From Octopus vulgaris (Eukaryota), in assembly GCA_951406725.2 (NCBI GenBank), contig OX597820.1:83948001-84012000 (forward strand): 64,000 nucleotides of DNA, read 5' to 3'. The stretch's first letter is position 1. The number at the start of each line of letters is the position of its first letter. Position numbers and translations under genes: made by a program. The notes below the pieces were generated by a model. The model had not been told where the DNA came from. It saw only the letters and a program-made list of their open reading frames with translations, and made no database searches. Positions 14,421-28,243 of the stretch are shown piece by piece.

Positions 14421-16145
14421 TTATTTGGTCCCAAACCACCATCGTTTCTGTTAATTCTGGAACTCAACAATTTGCCAGTTCCAATAACTCTGAAGGAAAT
14501 CATCCGTAGATATAGAAGATTGATTCTTGATTTTTCTAATTTTCTTAGTTCCATCATAGTTGTTACGAACCATCTTCTATTTACCACAGATGTGATCGGA
14601 CTTCAAAAATTCCTTTGAAAACTTTGCTACACCTCAGTATTTGTTGTTAACATTTCTATTGTGCTTACGCGAAAATTAAGGAAAGTTATGATTTGATTTA
14701 AAATGTCATTTAATCTCAAAATGAGCTACTTTGTATAACACATAATCTTGTGGGATTTGCACAGAATCTATGTAAAACACTTACGAGTATCCTGTTTCAA
14801 AAATATCCTGCACTTCATTCAGGGAACATATTTGATTATATTCTACGTTGCCCCTTTTCCAGATTTCAGTCTTGCTGAAATATCTTCAAAGTACATTTTA
14901 GGGTACCTAATCTGCCGTAGATATAATTCAAGGAATTTAATGAATCTGATAAATATGTGAATGGTTTTCCACGTGTGTTATAATGTGGGTACAGCGAAGT
15001 AAAAGTAAATAGATTTGTAAGACAAAAGCAAAAACAAAAAAAGAAATATAGTTACATATAAAGTGCTTCATTTTAATGAAAATATTTGAAGATTACACAA
15101 CAAGCATTACGTTTGCGGATGAGGACTACCACTAGATACTGTCTGAGAATCTGAAACTACATACTGCATTGAATGATACAGCAGTGCTTCATGTTCAAAC
15201 TTTACATCAAAACCAGAAGAACCAAGTTCACAAAATTTCGGTCGTCTCAGTTATTTGTATCATCATCGTTGTCGTCGACCTTCTCCGCCTCCTCCTCCTT
15301 CTTTCGTCGTCGTCGTCATCAATATACAATATTGTCACATATTTTGTATGGGTCTGTTTTAAAGCTTTCTTTTACATTTTTCGTGCCTCTAAGTGGATGA
15401 ATAAAGCATAATCGATAAACATTGTTAATTAGATTTAAATGCAGAACTTAGTTAGCGAAATAAATTAATGTTCAGGGAATATGGAAGATTTTTTTCTACT
15501 TGATAATTTTTTTCTTCTGTGGGGCGCGACACAATATAAAATGGCTAATTAAAAATTTATGGCAGTTTACAAAAATAAGAGGAAAATAAAACATTGAACT
15601 TAGGAAAATACAGAGAAGTAACTGCTATAGGGTGTATACATGTACACTCGCGCGCACACTCACATACAAGCTCACACACACAAACACATATATGATTAAA
15701 TAACAAAAATATACGTACGTATATATATGTGTGTGTGTGTGTGCCTGTGTGTGCCTGTGTGTGCGTGTATACAGACATATAACATGAGTGAGACGCACGT
15801 ATATACTGACACATGCATATACATACATCCAGACGCACAGTCATACACACACACACACACTAAAACACACACATATAATATCAGGTATCCAATTATTTTA
15901 ATTAGTAATACACGGAATTAGTGTATGGGAAATATTAAGCAAATTATTTTGTCTTCGGATTTGTTTTCAATATCACAAATTATTTCATGTAAAGCATATA
16001 TACTCAATTGTTTCCTGTCACGACATTGTATATTTTTCAATCCACTGTTGACCGCATATTCTCGAATAAATGCAAATGAAAATCACTATCGGTGAACAAA
16101 TATGATAAAAAATATTGATGATCAGGATGATAATAATATTAATAA

Positions 16146-16540
16146 TTCTTTCTAATTTTATCCTAAAACAAGAAACTCAGAGAGGTGGAGGAAGTGGATT
16201 ACGTTGGCCTCAATACGTGACTTGTACTTTATTTTATCGACCCCGACAAATTGAAAGGCTCTTAATCTTCTGATTTGGACTGTCGCAAGAAAAGTCGTGA
16301 AACACTGTTAAACAAACTAACGAATCCGCCACGTCGCCGAGCTAAAATATGTTATCATTTATACTACATCTACTAATATTAATAACGTTTTCTATATTGA
16401 TTTCTACTTGTGGTACAAGGCCAGCAATTTCTGGGGAGAAGATTAGTCGATTACATCGACCCAGTGTTCAACTATCATTTACTTTATCGAACCTGAAATG
16501 ATGAAAGTCAAAGTTGACTTCGGCGGATTTGAAATGAGAA
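16146..16540 (-). mobile_element. two decayed SINE family B copies
   Basis: TTTTATCGACCCCGA..GAAAGG and GTCGATTACATCGACCCAGT..AAAGTTGACTTCGGCGG motifs. Confidence 0.65.
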
Positions 16541-18460
16541 GGATAATGATTGTTTCAGTTAAAATATAAAGTTTTCTAATTAATCACTCAGCATTCATAA
16601 AAATCCTTGAGAGTTGTGCAAGACGATAGAATGTGAGTTTCCATATAAAACATGTAAAAAGAAGTATGATAGATTTTTAACAAGGAATAGTTCCGAGCGA
16701 CTTGAATGCCCAAGGAAACTAAGAGCACCTTGGCCACGAGTGCACATAAATTTTCCCAGCTATTCTCCTTCAATCTGTAGGTGAATAGCTAAAGTAGAAC
16801 CGATCACATGGACAATGTCACAGCAGTCTCAGACCTTTCAACAATTTTGCTGCCTAGCAAAACTTTTCAACTCTCGTTTCCATTTCGAGTAAAGAGCAAA
16901 AAATTCCTGAGGGCACAGCCAAATTAGAATGTGACTGCGTCATCGCCCTCAGTCTGCTCCTCTATACAGCTTTTTAAAAAATATCACCAGATTGCATGTA
17001 CTTCTTATGCAAAGGTTGTCACGAGCATGATCATCACAGTGGACTCCGCTGCTAACCAGATCCATCTTATAGTGACTGCAGGTATACGACATAACTCAGA
17101 AGTGCTTGAGTGCATGCACACGCTTTCATGGCACTCACGGCTGATGGCCCTTTTCTAGCTGCAGAAACATCCACAGACGACAATGTTCCTCCGTGGTACA
17201 TTGGTCCAGGGTTTCCAGTATTATTCCATAAGCACTAACCCGAACTTCAACTGAAACAGATGAGTAAGTTCGTGTTTGTCAACGCCTAACATGTCTCTGT
17301 AAACAGCAATTTCACCCATTCACATTCGTAGAATATATGGAGATGTCACAACTTCAACAATACGCTATACCTCATACGCCACAGCATTTTCTGTTATGAA
17401 TTTAGCGAGAGTTGGCTGCAAGTGAAGCTCCTGGTCAATGCAACCTCAGAATTGAAGCAATACTCAGGCAATGGACGGGCTCATGCAGAACAGTTTCGTC
17501 GCTCTGCGTTCAGATTGGACAATACTTCTGAGTCTGAAGAATTTTATCTGTAACTGAAAATGTAACCTAGTAGCACTGGCAGAGCAGAGGCTGCTGGAAA
17601 TTACCCATTGGCACCGGCCCAAATGTCCTGAAAAGAAGTCCAGATTCAGCGACTGAATTTTATTTGACAACTACAGACACTTTACAATCTCCGTCGTTCT
17701 TGCCACTCAAATGCTCCGGTTTCTACAGTGATGGGATAGAAATTGGAATGGAATATACAAAGAAAACCTGATGCTTCAACGAAGGATACGAACTTGGAAA
17801 TTATGGATAATATTTTATGGGTCATATGTAAAACAATTAATGAGAGAACTGCTGACTAAGAAATGCTGTCTGAACATAAGTTCTGCAAAACATGAATGGG
17901 CAGATGGTCTTAGGGGACATTCCAATTTAGAAAATAAGATAGACATTCATCCTTATTGTTCTCTGATTGTCTTAAGAGTTTTTGAACTTGTGGGGGATAA
18001 GAAATATGCAGACACAAAGATAGGTTAAAGGATATGCTTGATCTGTGAACTTTCCTATGTATCTACTAATTTTAGTATGTTTCTTTTATCATTTCTTTCC
18101 ATTATACAGTTGTCTTTTTAGAGCAGTTGAACTATTTCTTGTTTACGAACTAATGGTATTTGCTTTTATTTTAAATGTGATATATTAATGAAGTGACTGT
18201 AACAGAATCAACGTGAGGTATATATCTTGTGGAATATATTTTGATTTGACAGACAGATTGCGTATATATGTGTTTTTTTGTGTGTATGTATGTGTTTGTG
18301 CGTGTGTGCGTGAATATACGTGTGTATAGATATGTAAACATTTAACTCTAGAGGCTTTATTTCTGTTTTGGAATGATATACGTCAAATCACAAATTAATG
18401 ACACTTCATTTTCCTCACTAATAATTCCAACGGATAAAGAATACGATATTTTAGTAGTAA

Positions 18461-19258
18461 CTAGCAGTATAGCCCGGCGTTGCCCGGGATTAAATTAGGA
18501 TTATTAAGTGATGAAGCGCTTTATTTCAAACCAATATTAGTGACACCGACATTAAATTTGAGTGAGATCCGTTGAAATCGGTAAACGTTTGACGGAAAAT
18601 CGGTTGCAGGCAATTTGATTGGGAAATCACGTAAGGAATCGTTTATCGATTATTTCCACTCATCGATTGTTCTTTTTTCCTGAGAACTCAAAGCATTCAA
18701 AGATCCCATGATTCCTAAGTAATGCTGGCATCAAGTCTGAGCAAAATATGTCAAAATTGGTAAAAGTTAGGGTTGAAAATGGGGTGTAGCCAATTTTAGT
18801 GGGAAATCTTATTAGGAACTGATTTATCAATTTTTATCCTGATTGAATGGAAAACCCCAAATGGATGCCTGCCACCGATTGTGTTTGGCCTTAGGATTTG
18901 TTGATGGACATGGCAAAGCATGGTCTCACCGGGAAGTTAAACCCCGAGGGATAAAGCTGCATCCTTGAAATGAAAACCTTTTCACCCCTCCCGAACCCTG
19001 TAACAATGGTGGCCTCAATCAAGTGGGGCGTCAGGGACTTGATTACGAAGCGGGTCTCGTGTCACTGTTTAAGCGGAAGCAAGTTCCTGAATTGCATAAT
19101 TGGGAATCCAACCCTTAGCCTAAGTATGTGAGGTAGAAGCCCTGCTGCCTTCAATGAGCTGAGAAACTCGATAAGGTAATTGACAATGTATTGGGGGTCA
19201 GAGGTCCTGTCAATCGATTTGTAGATGCGCTCCTCACTCGGATCCTGGCCGAGTGCTT
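18461..19258 (-). mobile_element. Helitron 3' fragment with PIF1-like helicase remnant
   Basis: Minus strand reads NFPVRPCFAMSINKS*GQT and LIEATIVTGFGRGEKVFISR (~18850-19250); 3' end is a GC hairpin CCCGGGCAACGCCGGG followed by CTAG|T at 18460-18488. Confidence 0.85.
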
Positions 19259-20276
19259 AGTTTAATATTCTGATTTCTGATTCTACCGAGGTTGACTTTC
19301 CCTTTCAACCATTCTGGGTCGATAACGTAAGTACTACTTGAATATTTGTATCGATATAATTGATTTTAACTCTCAAAATTCGAAAACAAAATTACTTCAG
19401 AATATGCTTAGTCGCGTGCCAATGATGTTACCGCTACTACTGAAATGAAGTTTGGCCATAATCAATATATATTCTCCACCCCAAAATTTATTTTAGCAAT
19501 ACTAATAAAGAGGTACTCGACTTGAATTTGGTCGGACACATGTCTTTCGCGTGTATACTTGTGCTAGTATATGAACAGTACGTCTTAAGTATATTTCTAG
19601 ACAGATTCCGACTTCCGCAGTAGTCAAACCTACAGAGTAAATCTACCACGGGCGTTTTCACAAAATACAAGAACATTGTTTTATGAAATAAAATCAAGCC
19701 CAGTTATTTGAAAGTGCTTACAACCAAAGTTGCGTCACCATATGTTATATATTATATTCATGTTTCGAAGTAATTCTAATTTTTCTAGGATTTTTTCTCT
19801 TTCTTTTCACTTGTTTCAGTATGCATTTTCTGCATGTTAACTAGAGTTTTCCATACTCGTTCACATAAAATTTGAATGTGCACACTGTGTGGCATTCATC
19901 CACTCCTCAGTAATATGACAAAATAAAATTTGAAATAGGGAGCGAAGTTTTTTAAAATGACATGCTATTGTTACACTCAACTTAACATCGAAAGACTTAT
20001 ATATACCAATATAATTGCCATTTTTCATTATATACAGAGGAAAGTGTTTCTATAATATTTCAGTCATTTTTCGTTAAAAAAAATATGTAGTAAAGATATT
20101 CCACACCCCAATTGTCTTTTTCTCCATCAACAAAAACAACAACAACACATACACACATAAATTGGACAATTTTACTGTATAAGTATGAGGGAAAAAAGTA
20201 AAATAATTTATTACCGGTGGTTCCCACACTTAATAAAAATCATAAGACAAACTATTTTTATACATAAGAATTTATT

Positions 20277-20561
20277 AAGATTTATACACGGAGAGAAGAC
20301 CCTTGACAGGATCTCTTACATAACTAATAAGGGCAGTTAAACCCAAAAGCACGAATAAATAAAAGGAATTCTTAAAGCACATCCACTCCACGAAAAAGAG
20401 GAATTCTTAAGGCACGCTGCCTAGTGACTATTAGCAGCGTACACTAGAGTCCCTATTTGCAGCGTGCCTTAAGAATTACGTTTTTCTGTGATTTGGGTTC
20501 AACTGCCATCTTTATCATGAAAGAAGTCCCGTCAAGTGTCTTCTCTCCTTGTATAAATCTT
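20277..20561. repeat. fold-back palindrome
   Basis: 20277-20420 vs 20459-20561; left arm has a small internal duplication. Confidence 0.85.
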
Positions 20562-21206
20562 CATGTCTGTATATATATATATATATGTATATATCGTAAT
20601 AGATATGTATATATAAGTATATGCATTTACATAAACATATATCCATATTCATGTCTGTGTGTATGTGCCTATTTGTCTCTGAGAGAGTGTTTGCATGTAT
20701 TTCTGTGTGTGCATGTTGATATAAATGCCGAAATTTTCTTCACAGACATTTTATCTAAACAATGAAAAGACTATGCAATAAATTTAATTTTCCTGACTAG
20801 ACGACTAGTTTTACCAGTTACTTCACATTAGTTGTAAATATATTACAGACGAAATACAAGCGTACACAATATTTCAAACAAAACACAGTTACATATAATT
20901 GAAACTAATAGATATTTGTCTACGTTAAACTTCTTTCTATGTCTTTTGTATTCGTTATTATTTTCTACTTAGCTCTCCCATTTACTATCTTTCCCGTATA
21001 CACTCTGCTGCGTAATTTGTGTAATCACTATATTTCTAGATTGCTTGCAATATAACGGACTCATAAACTTTAAAATGAATATGAAATCTGACTGGGAAAA
21101 TTTTCAAGATCTTTAGGAAATTCGATTTTATGTGTGGATGGATCCTCTGTACTTATATAGACACAACCGTATACATATCTTTATTTAGGACCTAACAATA
21201 TTCCGC

Positions 21207-21301
<95 letters not shown>

Positions 21302-21330
21302 GCATGCATATAATACATGCATACATACAT

Positions 21331-24300
21331 GATTGATTGATTGATTGATTGATTCTAGTTTCAGCTTATGAGCTGTGGCCATGCTGGGGCACCGCCATTT
21401 GGTGTTGCTACTTGGTTTCACTTCATGGAGGCTTTCTAGCAACTGCTATTTGGTGCATGAGAGAGTTCGATGCAGCTGCCCTCATCTGCCCCTCCTGCCG
21501 TGAAGTTGGTTCATCTGGGACACCTGACAGGAAGAGATCCAGCTTCATTTTAAAGACATCTGTATCCACCCCATGCAGGTCTCTCAGGTTCTTCGGGAGG
21601 ATATTGAAGAGCTGTGGGCCTCGGAAGCCCAGGCTATCACAGTATCTTGTCCTACATCTTGATGGCAGGTTTGGAGTCCTAGGCACCACGCAGTGGCGCC
21701 CAGTTCTGGCATTTGCGTAACTCTCGATGCCAAAGTTCAGGACACTTCCCTCCAGGATCTTCCAGATGTATATTATGGCATATCTTTCCCGCCTACGCTC
21801 CAGGGAATATAATTTTAATCTCTTGAGTCTTTCCCAGTAGCTTACATTCTGCATAGAGGCTATCTTCTTTGTGTAGCTTCGTTGGATCGCCTCAAGTTCT
21901 GTGATCAACTTGACACTGGATGGTGACCATAGCTGAGAGCAATAGTCAAAGTGGCTTAGGACAAGTGTCTTCCAGAGGACCATCATGGTTTCTTGTTCTC
22001 TTGTTCTAAAGGTTCTAAGAATCCATCCAGCCAGCCGTCTACATTTCATTGTCAGTTTAGCAACATGTACATGAAAGGTCGCGTCATCACTCATGTGAAT
22101 ACCCAGGTCACGCACTGATTGTGCCTCTGGGATTGCAATCCCTCCGGGTCCAGTGTATTCATTGGGTATTGCATTCAGTTTTGCATGCTGATAGTATAAA
22201 GCTTGAAACTTTCCAGCATTGAACTGCATGCTATTCTTTTCAGCCCACTTGTATATTTCGTCTAGCTCACATTGCAGGTGTTTAGTGTCCTCAGGGTTCT
22301 GTATTGCCTGTGAAACTTTTGTATCATCTGCATAACTTGTGATCGTGGCTCTCTGCGTGGCTGAGGGCATGTCTGAGAGGGCCATTATGAACAGTAGTGG
22401 TCCCAGAACAGTGCCCTGCGGAACACCGCTCACTATTTGTGTGTTAATGGAGGTGGCCCCATTGGCTACTACCACCTGACTTCTATCCTTCAGAAAGTCA
22501 TGAAGCCATTCTCCCAGTTTTCCAACTATGTTGAGATCACGCAGTTTGTGACATATCATTCCATGATCGACTTTATCAAAGGCCTTTGCAAAGTCGAGAT
22601 ATATCACTTCCACATTTGAGTGGTTGAGCGGCCGTTTCAGCACCCAGTCATAGTGTTGTAGGAGCTGAGTTAAACAGCTTCTCCCTGGTCGAAAACCATG
22701 TTGGGTGTCGGGCAGCAAGTCATTCTCTTCAAGGAAGGTGATCAGCTTCCTTCTGACTATTCGTTCCATGACCTTGCTGATGTGTGAGGTCAGAGAGATA
22801 GGTCTATAGTTCTTGGCTTCCGCTCTGCTACCTCCTTTATGAATGGGGCATATTTTACCTTCCTTCAGTTTTCCTGGAAGTTTGCCAGTTGCAAGGAAGC
22901 TCTGAAAGAGGAACTGCAGTGGTCTTGCTAGGACTCTCTTACATGCTTTTAGGAGGATTGCCGGGAATCCATCGGGGCCAGTAGCTGAGTCTGTTTTCAT
23001 TTCATCTATAGCCTTGGTTACATCGTCTTCATTTATATCGATGTAATCTATCGTCGCCGCCTCTGATTTTATATCTACAGTGGTAAAAAAGTCAGTTGGA
23101 TTGGTGATTTGGAGATGCCCAAGGGGTGGAGTGAAAACACTCTTGAATTGCTCATTCAGTATTTCACTTACCCTCATTGGTTTTCCTGTAAGTGTGCCAT
23201 CCTTTTCGAGGAGTGGCCCTATTCTACAGTGCACTGTAGCTGTTTCTTTGGCATACCTGTAGAAAGCTCTGGGGTTAGATTTTATGTTTTCTATAGCCCA
23301 GGCTTCTTTGTCTGCTCTTTCTTTTTCATGGGAGAGTTGCAGACATTTTTCGATTTCCAACAGTTTTATTTTTAGGCGGGACTTTTCACTGCTTTCAATC
23401 TGTTTGTTTAGGCGATTTGAAAATTTCGTACGCCGTCTCATTAAAATTTTCCTCTCTCTGGGGATTTTGTTCTTGTGTACAGTGGCCTTTCTCTCTGGGA
23501 CACATTTGTAGCATATGGCTTGCATTACAGACATGAATTGTTGAAGTTTCACGTCGATGTCTGGCGAGGAGAGACATTCAGGCCAGTTTTGTTTGAGGAT
23601 CTCTTTCTCAATTTGTTTCCAGTTTGCCTTATGGTAGTTCAAGCTGGAAAGATTTTGAGGGTTTCTTGTAGGCTGCATGTCCGTGCTCTCTTTTGGCCCG
23701 TACATGGTCAGCTCTACCATGTTGTGATCCGAGAGTAGTGTCGGTGTCACTTTCACATTATGGATGAGATCCATGTCATTTGTGAAGCAGAGATCCAGTG
23801 TGTTACCTGCCCTGGTTGGTTGGAGTATTACCTGCTCCATGTACAGGGTGTTGATGAGGTTCAGGAGGGACCTCGCCTGTCCTCGTTCACATCTTGTCAT
23901 TCCTGGGAGAGAAAGGCCCTCGGGCCATCTGACATTGGGCAGATTGAAGTCTCCCATAAGAAGCACACCTATGTGTTGTTCTAATGTGGTTAGAATTTCT
24001 TCTATTTTTATAAGGCAGTCTTCGAACTTGCCCACATGGCTTGGGGCATCTGGAGGGCGATATGTAGCACACACAACTACATCAAGTTGCCTAATATGTA
24101 CAATTAGTGTGTCACACACCGAGTTTGAGTATGACAAGAGGACCTGGGGTGTGAGGTCCTCACGGATGTACATAGCAACACCTCCATGACTCCTTTCTTT
24201 CCTGTCGGTCCGTAGTACAGCATACTGTGGTATGTGTAACTCCGCATCTGCTATGTCCGGTTTCAGGTGCGTTTCTGTAAGTGCTATGCATAAGGCTTGA

Positions 24301-24348
24301 TTGCATGCAACAAAGTCTCTCAGGAACGGGATCTTTGTCCTGTTACTG

Positions 24349-24350
<2 letters not shown>
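21331..24350 (-). mobile_element. CR1-group LINE, 5'-truncated (no ORF1), short 3' UTR and (AATC)n tail
   Basis: ORF2 above; (GATT)n on + at 21331-21354; 23-bp ATATAATACATGCATACATACAT at 21308-21330 and 24387-24409 (probable TSD). Confidence 0.93.
21423..24350 (-). CDS. CR1-group non-LTR retrotransposon ORF2 (APE endonuclease + reverse transcriptase), uninterrupted, clipped at the extreme N-terminus
   Basis: APE motifs ([38 protein letters not shown]); RT motifs ([47 protein letters not shown]); CR1-type C-terminus ([11 protein letters not shown]). The first ~21 aa of the listed ORF are microsatellite. Confidence 0.95.
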
Positions 24351-24391
<41 letters not shown>

Positions 24392-24399
24392 ATACATGC

Positions 24400-24477
<78 letters not shown>

Positions 24478-24498
24478 TTATATATATGTATATGTATA

Positions 24499-24543
<45 letters not shown>

Positions 24544-24679
24544 TTATAACAATAATTAAGGGTTTAGCAACAAGTTGCTTAACCACATACCGAAAAATAA
24601 CGGCCTCTTGGCTACTATTTCTAAATTTTCCGGTATTTGGTTAGACAACTCATTGCTAAACCCTTAATTATTGTTATAA
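24544..24679. repeat. short fold-back palindrome in a TA tract
   Basis: TTATAACAATAATTAAGGGTTTAGCAA.. / ..TTGCTAAACCCTTAATTATTGTTATAA. Confidence 0.88.
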
Positions 24680-24793
24680 TTATATATATAACTTCTTGTA
24701 TAAGATTTTACCGAATATAGTTCCTTTCCATACCGAAACTACTTGGTGAAATTTATTAATTATAAATTAATAATTTTTTACCCTATACCTATA

Positions 24794-24888
<95 letters not shown>

Positions 24889-24965
24889 TATATCTATATC
24901 TATATATAAATATATATACATACACACACAGCCACACGCGCACACACACACACATTCATACACAT

Positions 24966-24997
<32 letters not shown>

Positions 24998-25011
24998 GTA
25001 TGTATATGTGC

Positions 25012-25074
<63 letters not shown>

Positions 25075-25699
25075 TTATTTGCAGGAGTCACTTGAATCAA
25101 GGAATTATAAAATTCAAGGAACCAAGTGAATGTCGTACACCTCCATGTACAAGTATATTTACACACAAATATGCACATACATATGAATATACATACACTT
25201 CAAATATAAATCCATGCACGCAAGCCTGCAAGTTTATGATCCAAAGAAAGTTCAAGATCTAAGACACGGTTAATTTTTTGCATAAAACACAAATAGCTTA
25301 AAATCTCTGTACAGTCGTTTCAGGCATGATTTTCACTGCTGAATTTTTCGATTACGTCATGATATCATCGTTTTCTTCAGGTGCATTGAAATTGAATATT
25401 TGATTCGGATAAAAATATACCAAGAGATGTGGAATAAGAAACGATCTCACATTTGGGCATCATATTTTCAATGATGCCTAAATAGCTGAGTCAACTTTGA
25501 TTCCTTAATTTGTGGGGATTCTTTTTTCTCCGAAACATTTAAAATTTTTGACTCACCTGAAAAAAGCGGTGTGATCAAGGTGTAATCGAATTATTCGTCA
25601 ATAAAAACGTATCTGAAACATCTGTAGAGAGACATTAACGCATTCGTGTTCTTACATATGTATGTATTTATGTATATGCGTATATATATATATATCCTT

Positions 25700-25906
25700 C
25701 CGGTCATTCAAAATGTGACCGTGTGTTTACCGTTGACGATTTCTTTGCATCTGTCTTCCCTTCTCTGGATCTCTCCTTCTCCTATGTTTCCGACGAAGAG
25801 CTCCGCTCAAAACGTTACACCCTCCTTCTTTCCTGAGCGTCCAATAATACTATATTTGTTCCACGTCCTCGTGTTGTGTTTTTTTTTTGTGCTTTCATGT
25901 TTGGAT

Positions 25907-25912
<6 letters not shown>
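25700..25912 (+). mobile_element. related HHR-bearing element with degenerate core
   Basis: GTTT-CCGACGA-A-GAGC-TCC-GCTC-AAAA-CG-TT-ACAC followed by TCCTGAGCGT..TAATAC and a T-rich 3' part like the two copies above; between TA tracts. Confidence 0.65.
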
Positions 25913-25990
<78 letters not shown>

Positions 25991-27321
25991 TGTGTGTGCG
26001 TGTGTATGTGCATGCATATGCGACAAAGGGGAACCTGCTTGTAAATAACATTAAAAAGAAAACAATACTAAAGAGAAAAGTGTATGAACTTTCCCGAATG
26101 AGTGTTTATGTAGAAACAGTATATTCATATATGTAGTTTAAAACCAGTACACATATATATGCTTACATAGAAAGAACTAGCAACACTCTTAAAACGGTTG
26201 GAGAAAAACAAGGCTGCATTCATTTTCTCATACCTGTGAGACACAGTGTATATCAATCGCAGGCCGCATATTTTGAAAGAGTATATAATATTCAATGTTA
26301 TATCAATCCTTTATTTACACAAAAATAAACTTTAAATTTAGTAAGCATTTATAATGCCAAGACTACTTTGACGTTCTCCTGAATTATGAGATAATTGTAA
26401 TAATTACATCACTACTTGAACGATACTACGGAATGGAAAGTCATATAATGCATACTCAAAAGCATATTTCTATTTAAAAGCTACACATGAAATAATATAT
26501 TATAATGACAAAGTAATTGATAAACCCTCAGAGATTAATTTAACACGTAACCAAAGACTTACAAGTTCATTACTGGGATGTAGCATGAATATATAATATT
26601 CAATGTCATATCAATCCTTTCTTTACACAAGAATAAACTTAAAATTGGGGAATCATCTATGCTGGCAAGATTGTTTTGATGTCTTCCTATGAATCATGCC
26701 ATAATTGTAATAATAATTATGTATCTATGATTATTTATTTATATCGATACGTTATTTCCTCGTAAATTCTCTTAGAGTTTCAGTATCATTATTGGTATTC
26801 TTAAAGTGTATCAGTTATATCACTGCCTGCCTTAATTATATAATCTCATAACAACGGATTTGTTCGGTGCCGTAGCTGAAGGGAGGAGAAAGTGACTATA
26901 AAATAGACATATTTAGCCTCATTATGGCAAATGTGGAAAACGATTGGTAGAGTAACATCAAGATAAACACATGGTCCTGTCAAATAAATAACGGGGCTAT
27001 ATTTTGATAGATATATCTAGGGTTATGCAGATATATACATATTAGTGTGAAACAAGAGAATATGTATAAGTGTATAAGGAATGCATGGCTGTTAAAAATG
27101 TCGATTTAATCTAAATCTATGAAGTGAGAAAAATCGACAACAGTATGTCTGTCAGTATATATATGCGTGTACATGAATATGAATGTGCGTATGTATTTAA
27201 GGCTGTAAGTAATTTGGGGTTATAAATGCATAAATGCACGTGTATGGGTGAAAGGGTGTATATGTATACATAATTATGTACATACATATATAAGTACGTA
27301 CATAGATAGAGACAGGCAGAC

Positions 27322-27411
<90 letters not shown>

Positions 27412-27415
27412 CACT

Positions 27416-27595
27416 AGCCACTACACATTCTTTATTTTCTCTCCTTGTTTCTTTCTGTGTTCCTTTCTGAGGAAGAGCGTAGGATCGAAACGTTAAAGAT
27501 TTTTTCAATTCCCGAGCATTAAACTAACATATCTCTTTGTTGTCTACACCACCTGTGTTCGTCTTTTGTTTATTTTTTTTTTTTGTGAATTCTCC
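27416..27595 (+). mobile_element. ~175-bp HHR-bearing interspersed element, copy 1
   Basis: Aligns end to end with 47303-47471; flanked by microsatellites. Confidence 0.8.
27463..27498 (+). ncRNA. minimal type I hammerhead ribozyme
   Basis: CTTT-CTGAGGA-A-GAGC-GTAG-GATC-GAAA-CG-TT-AAAG; palindromic ACGT stem III; one mismatch in stem II. Confidence 0.7.
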
Positions 27596-27634
27596 GTATA
27601 TATATGTGTGTGTAGATAGATACATCGATAGATG

Positions 27635-27693
<59 letters not shown>

Positions 27694-28154
27694 GGATAGA
27701 TAGATGGATAGATAGATAGATAAACAGACAGATAGACAGATAGATAGATGTACCAGAATTTGTTGGGGTGGGGTGTGAAAATGCACCTGAATTTGAAAAA
27801 AATCTATTTTAAATAGAAATATTCACATACGTACCACACCAGTTTCAACATTGTTTTGTATATCAATGGTACATATGTATATAAAACATGGGAATATTAA
27901 CAGATTTTAAAATTTACGAAGTAGAAATCGAACAAACAAGATTAAAAGATCAATTGTTCATATAAAATTCAATAAGTTTCACAGGGATAGATACTTTCAA
28001 AGCAAATAATCTGCGTTGAAGCTAGTTTGCTATATATGCGAATAAATTTAGTTAAAAATAAGTGTAGGTATTTCAAATTCAAATGCATTTTCAAACCCCG
28101 GAAATAAATGCTCCTATATTTTCCCCTCTCAGGGAAATACAGCTCTTCTCTATT

Positions 28155-28243
<89 letters not shown>

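Noticed and set aside
22437-24189. Plus-strand ORFs overlapping the LINE
   Set aside because: Antisense shadows of ORF2.
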